Assembly: GCA_026023565.1 (NCBI GenBank)
Contig: JAPETS010000013.1
Location: forward strand, 682,001 to 703,038
Source: Cirrosporium novae-zelandiae
Taxonomy: Eukaryota
DNA: 21,038 bases
Direction: 5' to 3'
Shown here piece after piece: positions 21,009-21,038 of the stretch (position 1 is the first letter of the stretch; each line of letters starts with the position of its first letter). The notes below the pieces were generated by a model. That model ran no database searches and was not told the origin of the DNA. It saw nothing but the letters and a program-made list of their open reading frames with translations. Made by a program: the position numbers and the translations under genes.

Positions 21009-21021
21009 GGGGGGGGGGGGG
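21009..21021. repeat. G13 homopolymer in a G-rich tract downstream of AVO2
   Basis: Directly visible (gggggg tta ggg a G13). Confidence 0.9.
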
Positions 21022-21038
21022 CGGATCTTTACTCCACC

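Overview
Gene-dense eukaryotic DNA from a filamentous ascomycete (Pezizomycotina-type GT-AG introns of about 50-280 nt with CTRAY branch points). Nine protein-coding genes can be reconstructed with frame-consistent exon joins: TFB5 (+); six tandem minus-strand genes (Scw4-like GH17 glucanase, LCB1, a CorA-family GMN-motif membrane protein, TAF12, UDP-glucose 6-dehydrogenase, SPC34); then RPN3 (+) and AVO2 (+). I see no rRNA, tRNA, transposon or CRISPR. This is mostly a housekeeping region and I cannot demonstrate a new biological system. The most interesting signals are: (i) an AVO2 start codon apparently created only by splicing (AT|G), overlapped by the splice-created stop of a 3-codon uORF; (ii) a CxxC bracketing the catalytic Glu of the GH17 enzyme; (iii) a consensus splice donor immediately after the CorA stop, with an AG immediately before the LCB1 ATG; (iv) a hidden in-frame upstream exon that would give the UDP-glucose dehydrogenase a presequence-like N-terminus. 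Gene identities come from my recall of family motifs, not from database searches, and all splicing is predicted.
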